A DNA stretch of 24,000 nt, from positions 1-24,000 of the forward strand of contig DATKOK010000073.1 of the NCBI GenBank assembly GCA_035524675.1. The letters are read 5' to 3'. The translations under genes and the position numbers were made by a program. The notes under the pieces were generated by a model, which ran no database searches, was not told the DNA's origin, and saw only the letters and a list, made by a program, of their open reading frames with translations. Positions 23,203 through 24,000 of this stretch are shown one piece after another. Each line of letters opens with the position of its first letter. Positions within the stretch are counted from its first letter, which is position 1. The DNA is from Candidatus Methylomirabilota bacterium. GTDB lineage: Archaea > Thermoproteota > Bathyarchaeia > 40CM-2-53-6.

Positions 23203-23962
23203 GGTCTCCGTGTTTGATCACTTCAACTGCGTAATTGTAGGCTTTCGGGAGGATTGAGTCTGCGTCGAATCGGGTCGTCAGACCGTCGAAGTACAATCGG
23301 CGGTTTATGCATATGATTGTCCGGGCGAGCTGCGTTACGACTCCGAGATCGTGGATCGAGAGGATCGTTGTGATGCCGAGGTCTCTGTTAAGTTGCTCTA
23401 GGATGCCGTAGAACTCTTTCTTCGCTTCCATGTCGACACCACTCGTAGGTTCATCGAATATCAGCATCTGGGGTTCTCCCACCAGGGCCTTGGCTGTGAA
23501 GACTCGTTGTGTTTGTCCGCCTGAGAGTTCGCCGATTCGCCTCTTTCTAAGATGTTCAATTTCGAGCCGATTCAATGCTTCCTCGACTTTGCGATGATCT
23601 TCTTTCCTGAACCATGGGGAATGCATCGAGTATGGGACTCGTCCCATCAGTACGGCTTCGTAGACTGTTGAAGGGAAATTGCTATCTTTCGAATAGGGTA
23701 TTTGAGGGACGTAACCTATCCTTTTCAGATTATTTGGGGAGATTGGTTCTCCGAAGAGACGGACAGTTCCTGTGGTTGGTTTTATGATGCCGAGTATTAC
23801 GTTGAGGAGGGTTGATTTTCCTGCACCGTTAGGTCCTATGAGGCCAACGAAGTCGCCTTTATGGATCTCTAGGGTTATGTGTTCGAGTGCTTGGACGTCG
23901 CCTGGGTATGTGACGCCGACGTCATTTAGTTGAACTATTGTTTCTTTTGAGTCAGCCTTCAT
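23195..23962 (-). CDS. ABC-3 family metal importer ATP-binding protein (ZnuC/MntA/TroB-like)
   Basis: Walker A is GPNGAGKST, the signature motif is LSGGQ, Walker B is LIFDEPTSGVD, and the H-loop is SIHDL. It is followed by the cognate permease. Confidence 0.9.
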   Translation of the reverse strand: MKADSKETIVQLNDVGVTYPGDVQALEHITLEIHKGDFVGLIGPNGAGKSTLLNVILGIIKPTTGTVRLFGEPISPNNLKRIGYVPQIPYSKDSNFPSTVYEAVLMGRVPYSMHSPWFRKEDHRKVEEALNRLEIEHLRKRRIGELSGGQTQRVFTAKALVGEPQMLIFDEPTSGVDMEAKKEFYGILEQLNRDLGITTILSIHDLGVVTQLARTIICINRRLYFDGLTTRFDADSILPKAYNYAVEVIKHGDHP

Positions 23963-24000
23963 TGGTCATTAACATCCGACGTGTGTTAGGGCTAGCTTTA

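Noticed and set aside
23986-23996. TTAGGGCTAGC upstream of the metal ABC operon as a DtxR/IdeR-type iron box
   Set aside because: Only the TTAGG pentamer and a GCTAGC hexamer palindrome resemble the consensus as I remember it. The putative site is cut by the window edge, so dyad symmetry cannot be assessed.
1-24000. Search for CRISPR arrays, IS/transposase genes, integrases, phage or defence-system genes, tRNA/rRNA genes
   Set aside because: I saw no regularly spaced direct repeats, no terminal inverted repeats flanking a transposase-like ORF and no recognisable tRNA cloverleaf or rRNA segment. Every large ORF has a housekeeping or metabolic assignment. A covariance-model scan would be needed to exclude small ncRNAs formally.

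Overview
The window looks like a densely packed archaeal chromosomal segment. Archaeal markers are ribosomal protein S17e, deoxyhypusine synthase, archaeosine tRNA-guanine transglycosylase, a Fap7/AK6-type kinase and an Sm-like protein, plus A/T-rich TATA-like boxes and oligo-T after genes. I support about 30 protein genes and recognised no rRNA, tRNA, CRISPR array, IS or phage element. Blocks in order: (1) a HAD hydrolase. (2) An orphan ADP-forming acyl-CoA synthetase beta-like ATP-grasp gene that overlaps a complete hoxE-F-U-Y-H-W operon (NAD-linked bidirectional [NiFe] hydrogenase, group 3d architecture). (3) A VOC/glyoxalase gene, a UbiE/MenG-like methyltransferase, a MenA-like prenyltransferase and an aldo/keto reductase, which reads as a menaquinone module. 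(4) An RNA/translation cluster: small ORF, Fap7, Zn-ribbon, Sm-like, tgtA, small ORF, dys. (5) On the minus strand, fixX-fixC plus a single fused EtfB-EtfA gene. (6) rps17e, an S/T-rich surface-anchored protein, TatD and PepT. (7) On the minus strand, a metal ABC importer ATPase and permease followed by a DtxR/MntR-family regulator. The most unusual signal comes from reading upstream of the ORF track. Four well-conserved proteins (HoxY, Fap7, the ABC permease and the DtxR-like regulator), and possibly a fifth small membrane ORF, encode essential N-terminal motifs in frame upstream of the first ATG/GTG/TTG. The only plausible initiators there are CTG, ATC or ATA, and most of them overlap the preceding stop codon. 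Other points worth a second look are Hox group 3d in an archaeal context, the fused EtfBA, a 397-bp unexplained intergenic region carrying a 19-bp perfect palindrome, and several uncharacterised small proteins. No homology search was run; every functional call rests on motifs I recognise by eye.
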